Positions 36,430 to 51,061 of a stretch of 64,000 bases of DNA are shown piece by piece. Positions within the stretch are counted from its first letter, which is position 1, and each line of letters begins with the position of its first letter. A program made the translations under genes and the position numbers. The DNA comes from Mobula hypostoma (lineage: Eukaryota), in contig NC_086100.1 of assembly GCF_963921235.1 (NCBI RefSeq), positions 53,320,001-53,384,000 on the forward strand, given 5' to 3'. The notes beneath the pieces were generated by a model that was not told the DNA's origin, ran no database searches, and saw nothing but the letters and a program-made list of their open reading frames with translations.

Positions 36430-37893
36430 TACCTTAGTTGCTGTGACGAACTGGATCTAAGGGCACATTCCTCTGATGTGTAACTTTATAACCTTCTCTG
36501 TTCCAAAGTAAACAAAACCAGTGAAGCCACACTAACCTCATAACTGAAACCTGGAGATCAACTTCGATCAAACTCTTTCAAATCCTAGCAAATCTCTTCT
36601 GCACTCTCTCCAATACAATTTTGTCAGGACAAATATTATAAAGTTATAATTTTGCAATGCACAACATAGTTCTGAAAAACTGTTGTTATTAGAGTGCATC
36701 TTTATTATTACTACACACAATCAGCACTTGCAAAATTACCCAGAAAATACAATAAAGAAAACTAAAACAGAAACAGATTAACAGCATTTTATTACATCTC
36801 CTATAGTAAATTCCAACTTTAGTAAATTTCCTTCAAAAGCAAAAATATCAAGAGATGAAAATCTGGAATAAAGTTAAAAAATGCTAGAAACACTTTAGGC
36901 CTGCATCTGTGGAAACAAACAGAATTGTATTTCATTGTATACAAATTCCATCACAAACAAGCAACCATTTAGTGGATATTTTTCTTAGTTGTGAAAACAC
37001 TTGTTAACAAGACAGGAACCAAATTTGAAAAATGAAAGGTTGATCAGCACTTCCCTGTGATTCTGCCAATGTAACATATCTATTTAATTGTTAAAGTATA
37101 CGTTGGTCTGAATTCCTTCAAGTCAGAACAGTAATGTGTTGATTTATCAAATTTCACTTTAACATTACGCATTGGCTCTAAGTTAGGTGACCTTTTTCTC
37201 CCCACTGAACAAATAGCTCACCACTTTTCACCCACTAAAATGCACTATTTTGTACAATATTTATACTTAACAAAATCCAATTTAACAAAACATTCTCTTT
37301 TGCAAACTCCTGGTATATCCTGGGAAACTGTGCAGTATTATCAGTTGCATTCTATCCAATTTGGATTTAGATCACAGAAATCCAACATCTTGGTGTGCAG
37401 CACTATCAGGGAGTTGATCATTGTGCTCTGGTTCCAAAGGAACATAATTTCAGTAGCAATGAAGATGGACTTCAGAAATGCATCCCAACAATGTGGAGGT
37501 TTATTTCCTATTTAACTATGTCCTTGCTTACTTTTTTGGGAATTCTGTCCTTACAATAATATTCAAAGTTTTTTTTAAAAAAGAAAAACAAAATTCAATT
37601 GAAGAGGGGAAAAGTTAAAGCAATGATTTGGAGTAATACACTTTGTGATTACCCTGCAGATAATACACTTCATAGTGTGCCCAATTAATCCCTGCATTTT
37701 GGGTATACTTATTGAAAAGTAGTCTCAGAAGTTTATAACAGAAAAAATGCCATAGAGTTAGAACAAGAGGCACCAGGAACCTTGCATGACATCCGAGTTA
37801 AAGTATTTTATCCCCCAGCACTCTGTTGTGTCCTGCCACCATCTACCTTCCACTTCCTATCAATTTGATGGGAGAAAGCAAATCATACGTTAC

Positions 37894-38078
37894 CTGAATG
37901 GCACTGCCCAATAAAAAACATTCAGTGGTTTCCGGCCTGCTGTATATTTACTTATTGCAAGAGGAAGCATTATCTGCAGAGGAACCATGGGTACTGCGAG
38001 AATAGCCAACTGCTCCTTAGGCACACCCATCTCAATCAGCTTCAGTCCAGTCACTCCATCAGCAGCTGAGAAACCGAT
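37894..38078 (-). CDS. SLC33A1: Acetyl-CoA transporter 1, coding exon 3
   Basis: IGFSAADGVTGLKLIEMGVPKEQLAILAVPMVPLQIMLPLAISKYTAGRKPLNVFYWAVPF(R); 185 nt; cag/GT boundaries. Confidence 0.96.
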
Positions 38079-39997
38079 CTGGAAATATACATGTTCAATA
38101 GAACTATTATTAACTTTTATAAAAATGTCAAAAGTTAATTTAGTTAAAATAATAAAATAATGGTACCAAAATGCTTCCAAGTAAGACACAGTTGAAATAT
38201 TTGATTACAGAGCATCACCCGTGCCAAATTCTGTCATTGCAATGTGTTTCAATAGCACTTGATTGCTCCTTGCAATTCATTTTCTTTTAAAAAAACACAC
38301 GATTGTGTAGCTATGTTAGACTACTTCTCACAGCAAATTCCTAGTTAATAATGAATTCAGTGGACCAAACAGAAAAATATTTAAAATCTCCAGCATAAAA
38401 ATTTATATGGATTAAAATTATTTGATTTTTAGTATAATGCTATATAGCACAATTTTCATTGGTTAATTATTAAAGTACATTAAATCACAAAAAAAGGATT
38501 TTGTTGCTCAAACTATCTTCCCATCCTGTGTATTGAATCAAATTTCTGAAATCCAGATGTTTCTGGCGTTAGATCAACAATGGGAGGAAACTCCCATGGT
38601 ATATGAGCACTGGCATAGATCCATTGATATCATACTTGAACGGACTGACTTCACGATGATTTATCATGCAACCATCTCCATCACACTGCAAGGGCACATT
38701 TTCAGAATATTTGAAAACTATTCAGTCATTCAATGCTTGAATTTGTTACATTCTGGGATCCTGAATGAAGTTTCCTGTAACTGACATCACCAGAACATTC
38801 TTCTAGGCTGGAATATTTAATTTGATGGTGGCAATAAAAAATAATGCCAACATTCAAAGAGGAGCAATTCTTTGTATGTTTACTAACCTTCCCACAAATG
38901 CATTTGTGGGAAAGTTAATGCCTTTCACTGTTCTGTACGAGGCCAAATAACTAATGACAGACTGAGACAACTATGAAGGAACAACCACATTGGTCAGTAC
39001 AATCAAATAACGAAAGCAAATTCAGTGCTCAAATTACTCTCTCTGGGTAACACTGAGCTAACGGGAATACAATGTTTTGATTAAAAAGGAACTACCAGTG
39101 AATTAGAATGACCTGATAATACAGTTCCCTAATACCATGAATTGTATAATTGTATTGATACACTTTTCTGAACTGATAAAACAGAATATATTGCTTTAGC
39201 ATTTTGTTCTATATTAATAATACATTTTGTTATCTCATCAACCAGTCAGTTTAACAGAGCAAACAATAATGCAGCAAAAGCAAACTATTTTCTTTTAATT
39301 GAAGTAAAAAGGAATTAATTACAGTATGGGAATATTATACACTTAAATAATAATCAGAAAACAACTTTAATTTGAGATACAGCAATTAAGATTGAAAAAT
39401 ATGAAAGAATTTACTGAAATAACTTGAGTATTTGTGCTACAAGTAATGGCAGCGTGCTCAGTTACAGCAGATTTTACGGGACCAACCAAAGGTGTTATTT
39501 TTTTTTAAAAAACATTTTTTTTTTCACGACAAGACACTGCTGGACATTAAGACATTAAGGCCCCCCACCCCCCCAGTGAGTTGTTTATTGGCAGAGAAAC
39601 TAAAGAAACTATACTTGCTGCAGTTTATGCTGCTGCCTGCATCATAGAGATGTCAATGAGTCATTGCACAAAGGTGGTGCGAAGTGAAACATTGAGTGAC
39701 CCCCCCCCCCCCAAGTTGCTTTACTTGTGATCGCAAGACCCTGTTGGACATTGTTAATGTGGAATGCTACGCTACAAGTCCGATTCACTGATTTATTGGT
39801 GGACGGTAGAGGAGCTGCATGGCCTCTGTTGCAGCCAGGACGAGGCCTCCAACAAGGTGTTAGCTGGTTAGAGCGGCCCCAGGAGAAAGGCGTTGGGAGT
39901 CTGTGTGTTCCACCAGAGTGCTGGGGACAGCGTGGCACGGCAGTGTTCGCTCAGCAGACGAGAAGCCATACTGTGTTTGGTTGCAGACTGCTGCAAC

Positions 39998-40397
39998 ATT
40001 CTCTCACGGTGGTGTCTGAAAAGAGGATGCTGTCCAAGTTGCATGCCATCTTGGTCAATGTCTCCCACCCACTACATAATGGACTGGTTGGGCACAGGAG
40101 TACATTCAGCCAGAGACTCATTCCACTGAGATGCAGCACAGAGCGTCATAGGAAGTCATTCCTGCCTGTGGCCATCAAACTTTACAACTCCTCCCTTGGA
40201 GGGTCAGACACCCTGAGCCAATAGGCTGGTCCTGGACTTATTTCCTGGCATAACTTACATATTACTATTTAACTATTGATGGTTTTATTACTATTTAATT
40301 ATTTATGGTTTTATTACTATTTAATTATTTATGGTGCAACTGTAACGAAAACCAATTTCCCTCGGGATCAATAAAGTATGACTGTGACTATGACTAT
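39998..40397 (+). mobile_element. Rex1/Babar LINE 3' end with internal 3 x 26-bp repeat, inside a larger unidentified repeat (~39440-40590)
   Basis: HPLH...RSTFSQRLI..RC.TERHRKSFLP.AIKLYN; 26-bp units at 40261, 40287, 40313; (GACTAT)n tail after AATAAA. Confidence 0.75.
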
Positions 40398-42923
40398 TCA
40401 TGGACTCAAGATCTTGGGCCATATTTTTTGTGTGACAATTTTACTGATATCTTTTATGTGCTTCCCTTCTTATATGTGCTATATGTACCTTGTGCAGTGT
40501 ATGACCTTGGACTCAGAGTAACACTGTTTCATTTGGCTGTATATACCAGTATTCATGCATGGTTCAATGACAATTAAACTGCAACTTGTACAAGGCTTTA
40601 AGACATGTCCCAATTATATAACAATTATAATTCCAAAATGAAAATATTAACAAACTTGGAGTACATTTAGCAAAGACCATGGCTTCCAGAATTGAGTTGC
40701 ACAGTATATTAAATGATTTCTGACAGGATTTTACATTTTAAATTCGTGCAAACCAAAGAATCATCATAAAAGTTGTTCATTGCATACTCAGTAGAATTCA
40801 ATATGCTTGCTCATAGCAAAAATGTAGCAATGACAACACTTTCTCAAAATAATATGTATTTGTCGAAAATGATTACAAATACAGTTTGCAGAATATTGCT
40901 ACAAGGAAGGCACTTGATTCAGATTCCACATAAAAAATTAAGCTACATTATTGACTTGGTTTGAAGAATGCTTGGGTGATCAGACGTCCAAGCATAGTGA
41001 TTATATAGGTATGCATTCAAATTGCAAAGATAAATTACGTAAACTAGATTAATATTCTATGTACAAGAGAGTTAATCCAGAGATATGAATAACTATTTTA
41101 GCATTTTGAAGGGAATCAATTACAGTACTGTCAATATGCCAAAATTTAAACATCCCAACTTAGTCACACGTCGAGAAAACTTTGAGCCTCTTTCATCTTC
41201 TCCCTGGCTCTCACTAGGAGGACATTAAAGGGGGTCTGAAAATTGACGCAATGGAAATAAAAAAAAAATCTGATATTACCTTCAACAGTCTACCTATGCA
41301 TAACAGTATTTCAGGGAGACTTCATGACGTTACAGCCTTCACAGTAAAGAACTCTTCATATTTTGTATCATTAACATACTAAAAGAGAAATGTTTTGAAC
41401 AAAAACAAGGTTCAAATCCCAGCATCAATGAGATGCTAGGACCTGCAGTAACAGAATCATATTCTACTGATAGCTGTAAACCTCACGCCCCATCATAACT
41501 CTCACTCTATTTCTACCATTATGCTAAGAGACCAAACCTGTTCAACCAGAATGCAGCAGGAAAATGCCAGAATCAGATATCAAGCGTTCCTAAAAAATGA
41601 TGGACCAACCTGGTGAAACAACCAATACATGGTCACAGGGGAAGCAATAAACATTCGAAGCTGAGCAATCCCACAAGAAACCGAAGTTCTCTGATCCTAC
41701 CGCTTCTAGTTATGAACAATAATTAATACAAGGACATGACCCCAGAAATATCAGCTCCTTTAGTCATGACAGAACTCAAAATGCTAGTCCAACAGACAAT
41801 CTTCTTTTGGCAAAAGTCCACTTTAGAGTTCCCACCATCAGAGGCCAATATTCTGTCATTTTGACTCCCTCCATCAGATATCTAGAAATGTCAGAGCATA
41901 CTTTTCAGTTTCTGCTTGATCTGAATATTTCCAACTTTTTTTGTTTTCTTTAAACCTGCTTCGATGCTTTTTGTGGCCTGACAGGACAACAGAACTCTTG
42001 ATTTGGTTACAATTTTGGTCAAAACATTTACCCAAAAAACAAATTCCAAAGGTGAGGCAACAGTGATAGCCCCTTACTGTACATCATGGCAGCACCATGT
42101 TATAACAAGATGCACCATTAAAAATGAAGTCATCAGGATTAAATAGCAAACACAAAGAGCCAATTTGCACCAAGGAAGTATTTAGCCTCAGAGTGGAATA
42201 TGGAGGTTGGGAGAAAGTCATCAATTTAACTGGAGCAACCACAAAGTTCTATAAGAGAAAATAGGCAGCTGAGTATATCTGGCAAGTTACTCAACTTGAT
42301 ATCCCAAAGCCTTTCCACTATCCACAAGACAATCACCAATTGCCAAAGTAATAGCTCTAAAAGCATTTAAAGAACTCTACAATTTGCTTCATTAGCACTT
42401 CATCCTTAGCATTAAATATTAACTTTACTACCAAATAATCGTGGCCACAATACATACCATCAAGATACACTGACAACTCTTCAGTTTCCCCCCCACCCAC
42501 ACCCCCCAAAAGAACCTCTGAATACACAGCTAGAGACTGAAAGCAGCTACCAGACATTGCCACACTTCAAATAACTTATTAACCTGACTTGAAAATATGT
42601 TACTTTTCCTTAGATGTCACTGGGTCAATATTCCAAAATTCCTGGCTAAGTAGAACTTTAGAGCACCTTCACTACACCTACTGAACTTGTATGACTGTAG
42701 TTTCAGCAGCAACTCAAGTATATCAAATAAACAGGGTGCTTCATGAGACCATCATGCAAGGCCCAAGATAACTTCCAACACTAACATACTAAGCTTCTTT
42801 TCAATTTGGAATTGATTTTACATCCCTGCGGGGGGAAAAGAAATTAATGTCACAATCTAGAATTTCATTCCCCTTTCATAAACCTAAAGTCACAACACAT
42901 AGCGGTAAAAAACTTCGTGATTA

Positions 42924-44477
42924 CAGTGCTCCTCCCCCACCCAGAAGTTTTCATGTTTTGTTGTTTTACAATATTGAATCACAGTGGATTTAGTTTGCCT
43001 TTTTTGACACTGATCATCAGGAAAAGACATGTCAAAGTGAAAGCAAATTTTCAACAAATTGGTCTAAATTTATTACAATTATTAAACAAAATAATTGATT
43101 ACATAATTACTCACCCCCTTCAAGTCAGTATTTAGTAAATACACCTTTGGCAGTAATTAGCCTCGAGTCTGTGTGGATAGGTCTCCCATCAACTTTGCAC
43201 ATCTGGACACTGCAATTTTTCCCCATTCTTCTTTACAAAACTGCTCAAACTGTCAGATTGCATAGGATCATGAGTGACCAGCCCTATTCGTCCAGCCACA
43301 AATTCACAATGAGAATGAAGTCTGGACTTCGACTTGGCCACTCCAGGACATTAACTTTGCTGTTTTTAAGCCATTGCTGTGTTGGTTTGGCTTTATGCTT
43401 GGGGTCATTGTCTTGCTGGAAAACATACCTTTTTCTAAGTCGCAGTTCTCTTGCAGACTGCATCAGGGTTTCCTCCAGGATTTCCCTGTATTTTGCTGCA
43501 TTCATTTTACCCTCTACCTTCACAAGCCTTCTAGGGCTTGCTGCAGTGAAGCAACCACCACCATGCTCCATGTTTTATATGTTTTGTGGTGTTTGGCTTA
43601 TAGCAAACATAGCGTTTTGCCTGATGGCCAAAAAGTTCAATTTTAGTTTCATCAGACCAAGTTTGCCAGCAGACTCCCATGTGCCTGCAGGCAAATTGAG
43701 CTAAGATTTTGGGTGAATTTTTTTTTCCACCAGTGGCTTTCTCTTTGCCACCCTCCCATAAAACTACACCTGGTGAAGCACAAGGCAATAGTTGTTGTAT
43801 GCAGTCTCTCCCATCTCAGCCACTGAAGCTTGCAACTCCTTCAGAATTGTCATAGGTCTCTTGGTGGCCTCCCTCACTAGTCCCCTTCTTGCATGATCAG
43901 TCAGTTGAGGACAGCCTGCTCTTGGCAGATTTACAGCTCTGTCTTATTCTTACCATTTCTTGATGATTGACTTAACTGTACTACAAGGGATATTCAGTAA
44001 CTTGAAAATGTTCTTGTACCATCTCCTGACCTGTGCTTTTCAATAACCTTTTTTTGTGGAGTTGCTTGGATTGTTCTTTTGTCTTCATAGTGTAGTTTTT
44101 GCTCGGATATTGACTTTACAGCAGTTGGACCTTCCAGATACAGGTGTATTTTTTGAATACAATCAATTGAAACACCTTGACTGTACACTGGTGATCTCCA
44201 TTTAACTAATTATGTGACTTCTAAAATCAATTGGTTGCACCAGTGATGATCTGGTGTGTCATATTACAGGGAGTGGGGTTAATACTTATGCAATTTTGTG
44301 TTTTATATTTGTGATTAATTTAGATCACTTTGTAGAAATCTGTTTTCACTTTGACACAAGTCATTTTCTGTTGATCAGTGTTGAAAAAGTCAAATTAAAT
44401 CCACTGTGATTCAATGTTGTAAAACAATAAGACATGAAATCTTTCAATGGGAGTGAATATTCTTTATAGGTATCATA
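42924..44477 (-). mobile_element. Tc1-like DNA transposon, decayed
   Basis: TA-CAGTG left end; ~200-bp terminal inverted repeats (42924-43130 vs ~44270-44470); WSDETKIELFG, FQQDNDPKH, WPSRSPD transposase motifs. Confidence 0.9.
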
Positions 44478-44674
44478 CCTCTTAACATGTTTGTATTCAA
44501 CTTGATTTTTGTCCCACCATAACTTACCTAAAATTATTAAAACTGGTAGAAAGGAAAGCCAAAAGCAAATCAGAAACAACCAATAAAAAGATATATACTA
44601 TGATTTTTAATTGATCTTAAAATGCAGCATCGCTTCCAAGTTACTTTTAAAATATTTAAGTTAAATTATCTTAC

Positions 44675-44868
44675 TTTTGATGTTAGCGTAAGGATGCAGA
44701 ACTTTAAGATAGCAGGCATCCTCATTATACAAATGAGAGACTTGTATGTTTCCTTGATTCCTTGCTGAGCAACCTGATGCATTGGCGTTTGTCCACCGTT
44801 TTCCTTTTTAAGAACCATAACCAACGTTGTTGTCACCAGGAAAACTATCCCCCAGAAAAATAGAAAAT
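44675..44868 (-). CDS. SLC33A1: Acetyl-CoA transporter 1, coding exon 2
   Basis: Not in the ORF track. tag acceptor 44869-71; (D)FLFFWGIVFLVTTTLVMVLKKENG...GIKETYKSL..IMRMPAILKFCILTLTSK; GTAAG donor; 194 nt. Confidence 0.95.
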
Positions 44869-46884
44869 CTAAAAGTAGAAATTTAAAAACATGGAAGTGA
44901 AAAATCTAACTTTTTCATTGTAGATATTTGTAATGCCATAAAAGTATGATTATCTTGATAATCTAAATCTCAGCAAAAGGTCATGTAGCATTTCTTGTAA
45001 AGTAAGAATGAGCTTGTACACTATGTTAAAGACGTCTACTAAAGGCATTAATGTGAATTTCCACTGGACTGCCTCCATGCAAGTATACCCTTTCTTAAAT
45101 AAGTGCATAATATGGATAAGTGACCATAGTAACAGCCTGTAGAATTGTAACAATACCTCTACTTTAAAACGCAAACCCCTGATCAATTATGGCCAATATG
45201 CCTTTGCCTTGTCAATCACTCACTGAATCTGCATGCTTTCTTTGTGATTCATGTGGAAGACCTAATCATTTTCCCACATTCAAGTGAAAACTGTATATTG
45301 AGATAATAGTCATGCCTTGATTCTTCCTATGGAAGTGCATAACCTTTCTACATTAAACAGCAGTTAAGTTCTTACACCACACTCATTCTATGTGTCCTGT
45401 TGCAGAGTGCAGATATCCTCATCATAACAAGTCTCTTATCTATTTTAATGTCATCAGCAAACTTTATACTCTGTCACTCCATGTCATGAAGCTAGATAGT
45501 AAACAATTGGGGACCAAGAAATAATCTATGTGGCATTCCACCAGTTACATCTTTCCAGTTTGAGAAAAGATCTAGTTATTCCAACTGTCTTCTATGTGGT
45601 AGATATTCAATCCACATTCACACACAGACATATACTTCACTCAACCATATTGTGAACCTTTTTCTGTGCTGCAAACTGGCACAATTCTGTGACAAGCTCA
45701 AATTCCAGATGAAAGTTAAAGCAGGGAGTGCATTGTGACAAAATAAAATTATGCCATTTTTAAAGTAGACCTCACATGATATTTTATTGAATTACACTAA
45801 ATATCTGCAGACCAATTTCATAAATAGAGAAATACAAGGAGGTTATTTGGTTCTGCGAGGCTGTTCTGTCCTTCAATCATACCCCGCATGCCTCAACTGG
45901 TTACCAAAAATCTAGTGCAATAAACATCAGAACCATGCAGAGTTTTCAACTGAAACTTCACACCACCAGTCACTGGTTTTACCAAAAAATGTATTACCTG
46001 ATTTAAAATTAACAAATGACGAGTAATCATTTCTGTTTACAAATGAGTATCCTGAGTTTTTAAACCAATTATTAATACATATTACAATTTCTAATTTCAA
46101 CCTGAAAGTCTTGATTTGTAGATTCTCCAAAAGCAGAAATAGCTTCTTTCAACATAAATTGTCAATTCTGTTTAATGCCCCAAAATATTCAATTCAGCTA
46201 TCCCTTAATTTTCTAAATATCTGGTAATGTAACTATAGTTTGCTTAATCACTCAAATTGAAATCTATTGGGTCCATTCTAATAAATTCACTCTGCACTCC
46301 ATCTAAAAACAATAACATTCCTGAAATTGTTCACAATATGGTGCCAAATTTTTTTTGGAACTTTGCATGACACTTTAATGATCTATATTTCTGGATCCAA
46401 GATACCTTGAACATTGCTACTTTTAGCTCTAGGACATTTACAAAGATTTTTATCTTGGGATATAAGCAATTTGCCCACATTTCCTATATCAAACTCTATT
46501 TCACAATGTTTTACTTAATTGTATTATTTGTTAAATTCGGAAATAGAAAATGCTGTAAAAAAAATTCAGCAGGTTAGAATCAGAATCAGATTTGTTATCA
46601 CCGGCATGTGTCGTGAAATTTGTTAACAGCATCAATGCAGAGAAAAAGCTTTTACTTGCCATAGATGCTGCCTGATTTTCTACTTCTATTTTATTTCGGT
46701 TTTCAAGCACCTTCAGCATTTCAGTTTATTTTCTTCAAATTTATTTATTCACAGACCCTAGGTATTATTTATTGTTTTAACTTCCCCTTGAACTGAGTAA
46801 CTTGTGAGCAGTTAAAGTCAATTATGTTATTGAGTCTAATATCACGAATCAGCCAATAAGGGAAGGTTTGTCACACAAATCATA

Positions 46885-47408
46885 AACACAAGAGATTTTG
46901 TGATGCTGGAAATCCAGAGTAACGCACACATGATGAGGCCATTTCTTATGCTGGAGGAGCATCATCATTGGGGTAACCTCCAACCCGAAGGCATGAACAT
47001 TGATTTCTGTAACTTTTGGAAATTTTCTCCTGCTCTTCTTCCATTCCCCATTCTGGATTCCCTCTTACCTCACCACATCACCTACCTATCACCTCCCTCT
47101 GGTGCCCCACCTCCTCCACCCCCCCCCCCATGGTCCACTCTCCTCTCCTATTAGATTTTGCCTTCTTCAGCCCTTTACCTTTTCCACCTATCACCTACCA
47201 GCTTCTCACTTCATTCCCCCCTCCCACCTGGTTTCACCTACCGCCTTCTAGCTTGTACTTCTTCCCCTCCCCCAATCTCCTTATCCTGGCTTCTTCCTCC
47301 ACCCTTTCCAATCCTTAAGAAGGGTCTCGGCCCAAAATGTCAACAGTTTATTCCTTTCCATAGATGCTGCCTGACCTGCTGAGTTCCCCTAGCCTTTTGT
47401 GTGTGTGA
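46885..47408 (+). mobile_element. Penelope-like 3' end / pseudo-LTR
   Basis: LEEHH..GNLQPEGMNIDF tail plus pLTR with degenerate hammerhead (~47310-47346). Confidence 0.75.
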
Positions 47409-47498
47409 CACCAAGTTTGTCAGATATCCTTCCACATTAGTGAGGCAGGCAGACAGACATTTACTGTAATTCAGTGGGCTCAGGAAACCATTATTGAT

Positions 47499-48428
47499 CC
47501 AACACAAGAAAATCTGCAGATGCTGGAAATCCAAGGCAACACACACACACGCACACACAGTGCTGGAGAAATTCAACAGGCCAGGCAGGATCTATGGAAA
47601 AGAGTAAACGGTCGACATTTTGGGACTGGAAAGGAGGAGAAGTCAGAGTAAGACGAGGGGGGAAGGGAGGGAGCAAAACAAGGTGGTAGGTGATAGGTGA
47701 AACCAGGAGAGGGGGAGGGGTGAAGTAAAGAGCTGAGAAGATTAGCGAAAGAGATAAGGGAAGAAGGGAGAACCTGATAAGAGAGAATGGAAGACCACGA
47801 AAGAAAGAAGGGGGAGGAGCACCAGAGGGAGGTGATAGGCAGGTGAGGAGATGAGGTGAGGGGGGAAAACAGGAATGGGGAATGGTGAAGGAGAGAAGTG
47901 GGGAATGACCATTACCAGAAGTTTGAGAAATGGGCATTCATGTCATCAGGTTGGAGGCTACCGAGACAGAATATAAGATGTTATTCCTCCAACCTGAGTG
48001 TTGCCTCAACCCAGCAGTAGAGGCGGCCGTGGACTCCCATGTTGGAACGGGAATGGGAAGTAGGATTGAAATGGGTGGTCACCTTATCTCTTTACATGCC
48101 CATCAACTCCTTCTTGTGCTTCTCCACATTCCCTTTCTTCTATGGTCTTCTGTTCTCCCCCATCAGGTTCCCCCTTCTCTTGCCCTTTATCCCTTTCAGA
48201 AATCAACTTTCTAGCTGCTTACTTCAACCCCCCCCCCACCCCGCCCCGGTTTCACCTATCACCCATAACCTTGTATTTCTTCCTCCCCTCTTCCCACCTT
48301 CTTACTCTGACTTCTCCTTCTCTTTTCCAGTCCTGATGAAGAGTCTCAGGCCAAAACATCAACTGTTTACTCTCTTCCATGGATGCTAGCTGGCCTGCTG
48401 AGCTCCTCCACCATTTTTGTGTGTTGCT
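47499..48428. mobile_element. Penelope-like insertion with two inverted pseudo-LTRs
   Basis: 13-bp TSD AACCATTATTGAT (47486-98, 48429-41); minus-strand pLTR and GIY-YIG tail, then a plus-strand pLTR. Confidence 0.85.
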
Positions 48429-48629
48429 AACCATTATTGATATTGTATTTTAATTCTAGATGTAGCTAATGTCTAGAATTTAGGTTCCCAGCTAAATTCC
48501 AGTAACAAACTGGGGTATCAGGCCTCTGATTAGTAAAAAGCATATTGTTCCCTCAAACCTTTACGGTACCATGTGCTTCCCTGTTTTCCCTATTGTGTGT
48601 CTTTCATGGTTCAGCCAACTTCTTCATTG

Positions 48630-49985
48630 GAGCATAAGAAATAGGGGAGGGAGTAGAGGCTACCTGGCCCATCAAGCCTGCTCTCCCATTCAATAAGATC
48701 ACAGCTGATCTGTCAGTGGAGTCACCTGCACTTATCTGCCTTTTCCCCATACCTAATTCTCTATTCCCCTGTTATGCAAAAATATACCTAACTGTATCTC
48801 AAGTTGTATTTAATTAGAGTCTTGACTGCTTCCCTGGGCGGCGTATTCCACAGATCCACGACTCTCTGGGAAAAGCAGTTTCTCCTAATCCCTGTGTAAA
48901 TCTATTCCCTCAAATTTTAGTTTTAGTCTCACCTACCAATGGAAACAAATTTTCTACCCCTATTTTACATATTTCTTCCATTATGTTATGTTTCTACAAG
49001 ATCCTCTTTCATTCTTCTAAATTCCAGTGAGTATAGTCCCAGGCAATTCAATATCTCCTCACAGGTTAAGACACACATTTCCAGAATCAACCTCGTGAAC
49101 CTCCTCTGCACTGCCTTCAAAGCCAGTATGTGCTTCCTCAAAGAAGGGGACTAGAACTGCATGCAGTACTCTAGGTGTGGCCACAATAGTACCTAGTACA
49201 ATTGCAACATATCATCCTTGCTCTTAAATTCAATCTCTCTAGCAATGAAGGCCAACATTCCATTTGCTGCCTTGATAACCTGTTGCATCTGCACGCCAAC
49301 CTTTTGCAATTCATGCACAAACATTCCCAAGTCCCCCTGCACAACAGCAGGCTGCAATCAATGTTCAAAGTAAAATTTTCACCATTTAAACAATCAGATC
49401 TTCTATTTTTCCTTCCAACATTGTACTCCCGCCAGAATCTTGCCCACTCACTGAACCTATCTCTATCTCTTTGCAGACTCTCCCCATCCTCTGCACAATT
49501 TGTTTTCCCACTCAATTTATTGTCATCAGCAAACTTTGATGTACAATACTTAGTCTCCTCTTCCAAATCTTTAAATGTATGTCGTGAACGGTTGTGGGTG
49601 CAACACCCATTCCTGCAGCACTCCACTCATGAACAGTTGTGGAGGAAACACCGATTCGCGCAGCACTCCACTCGTGACTGCCTGCCAATCAGAGAAACAC
49701 CCACTTATACCTACACTCAGCTTTCCACTGCTTAATCAATCCTCTGTTCATGCTATTACACCAACTCCATGCATTCTTATCTTATGGATAAATCTTTCAC
49801 GTGGCACCTTATCAAACACCAAAATCAAGTAAATAATTTAATTTCCACGATATTTAACTTTAGTTATTAGTCTTTTATGATAACCTTCATTAAGTGCCTT
49901 CCAGAAATCCTGATGGCGTTTTCTTGTTCACTACTTTAGATTTCTTTTCAAAACATTCTATCAGATATGTCAGGCATGACTTGTT
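48630..49985 (-). mobile_element. CR1 LINE RT/3' fragment
   Basis: SCLTYLIECFE, SKFADDNKL, LQRDRDR.SEWA and 3' UTR. Confidence 0.8.
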
Positions 49986-50544
49986 CTTAGAAATCCAAGT
50001 TAAGATCATGATAACATTACTTGTCGCTGATAATATTATGTTTACAAAGTTATTAAAACTTGTATAATAGTACAATTGTTGTTAACCTATTGAATATGTA
50101 ATTAAGTTATTGAATAATTAATTAAGTTATTAATATACAGAATCACAAGTGGACAAACCCAGTGGTTAAAGATGTGATTTTAATCAGAATCGGGGAAATG
50201 AAGCTAAGCCAGATATGGGTGGGGTGGACTTAATTCAATTTTCGTAACTTGTACTGAAAGTTACATGGCTGCAGGAAAAATGGAAAACTACAAATGATTT
50301 CACTCATACTCAGTTGAGGGTCAAGTATACAGTTGGTCCTGGCCCTTGAGTTGAGATGAGAGCTGAGAAGAGGAGCTCCGTTGGTATGGCTATTCAAGGA
50401 GCGCGGCTTGAAATTTAGTGAGGCTAAAGGTGGTGAAAATGTTTTTTCCATCAAATGAGACACTAACATTAGTAAAGCAGGAAATTACCTGTTTCCCTTC
50501 TTTCAAACTACAATATTTCAGCAAACCAACATCCTATCATTTCT

Positions 50545-50706
50545 TAAACTGCTGGAGGAACTCAGCAGGCCAGGCAGCATTTGGGTCTCGGCCTGAAAAG
50601 TCGACTGTACTCTTTTCCATAGATTCTGCTTGGCCTGCTGAGTTCCTCCAGCATTCTGTGTGTGTTGCTTGGATTTCCAGTATCTGCAGATTTTCTCTTG
50701 TTTGTG
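50545..50706 (+). mobile_element. Minimal Penelope-like insertion (pLTR tip with short inverted piece)
   Basis: 14-bp TSD ATCCT(A/T)TCATTTCT at 50531-44 and 50707-20. Confidence 0.8.
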
Positions 50707-51061
50707 ATCCTTTCATTTCTGTTGTGGTTCTGTAATAACTGCTGCCACCTAATGTTATGCATTCAGACTGCATTCAGATTTTGCCAATGAACATGGCAGG
50801 TCTTTCAATGTCATAGAAAGACAGGCCAATAATACCATCAATGACAAGAATGAAAGATAATGAAGTAAATACTTCTGTAAAACATACTTGGTTGAAGGCA
50901 ATGATGACTTAAGTGTTTTATGGCATTTTGAATCATAACATTGCAATACTACTTTTAGTCTAAATGCCTCCAAAAGGTAAATATAACATTGATAAAAGAT
51001 ATAAATAATTTCATAAAATTCATAAAAGTTAAAAGTGAACAACAAATATTCAGCATTTTAC

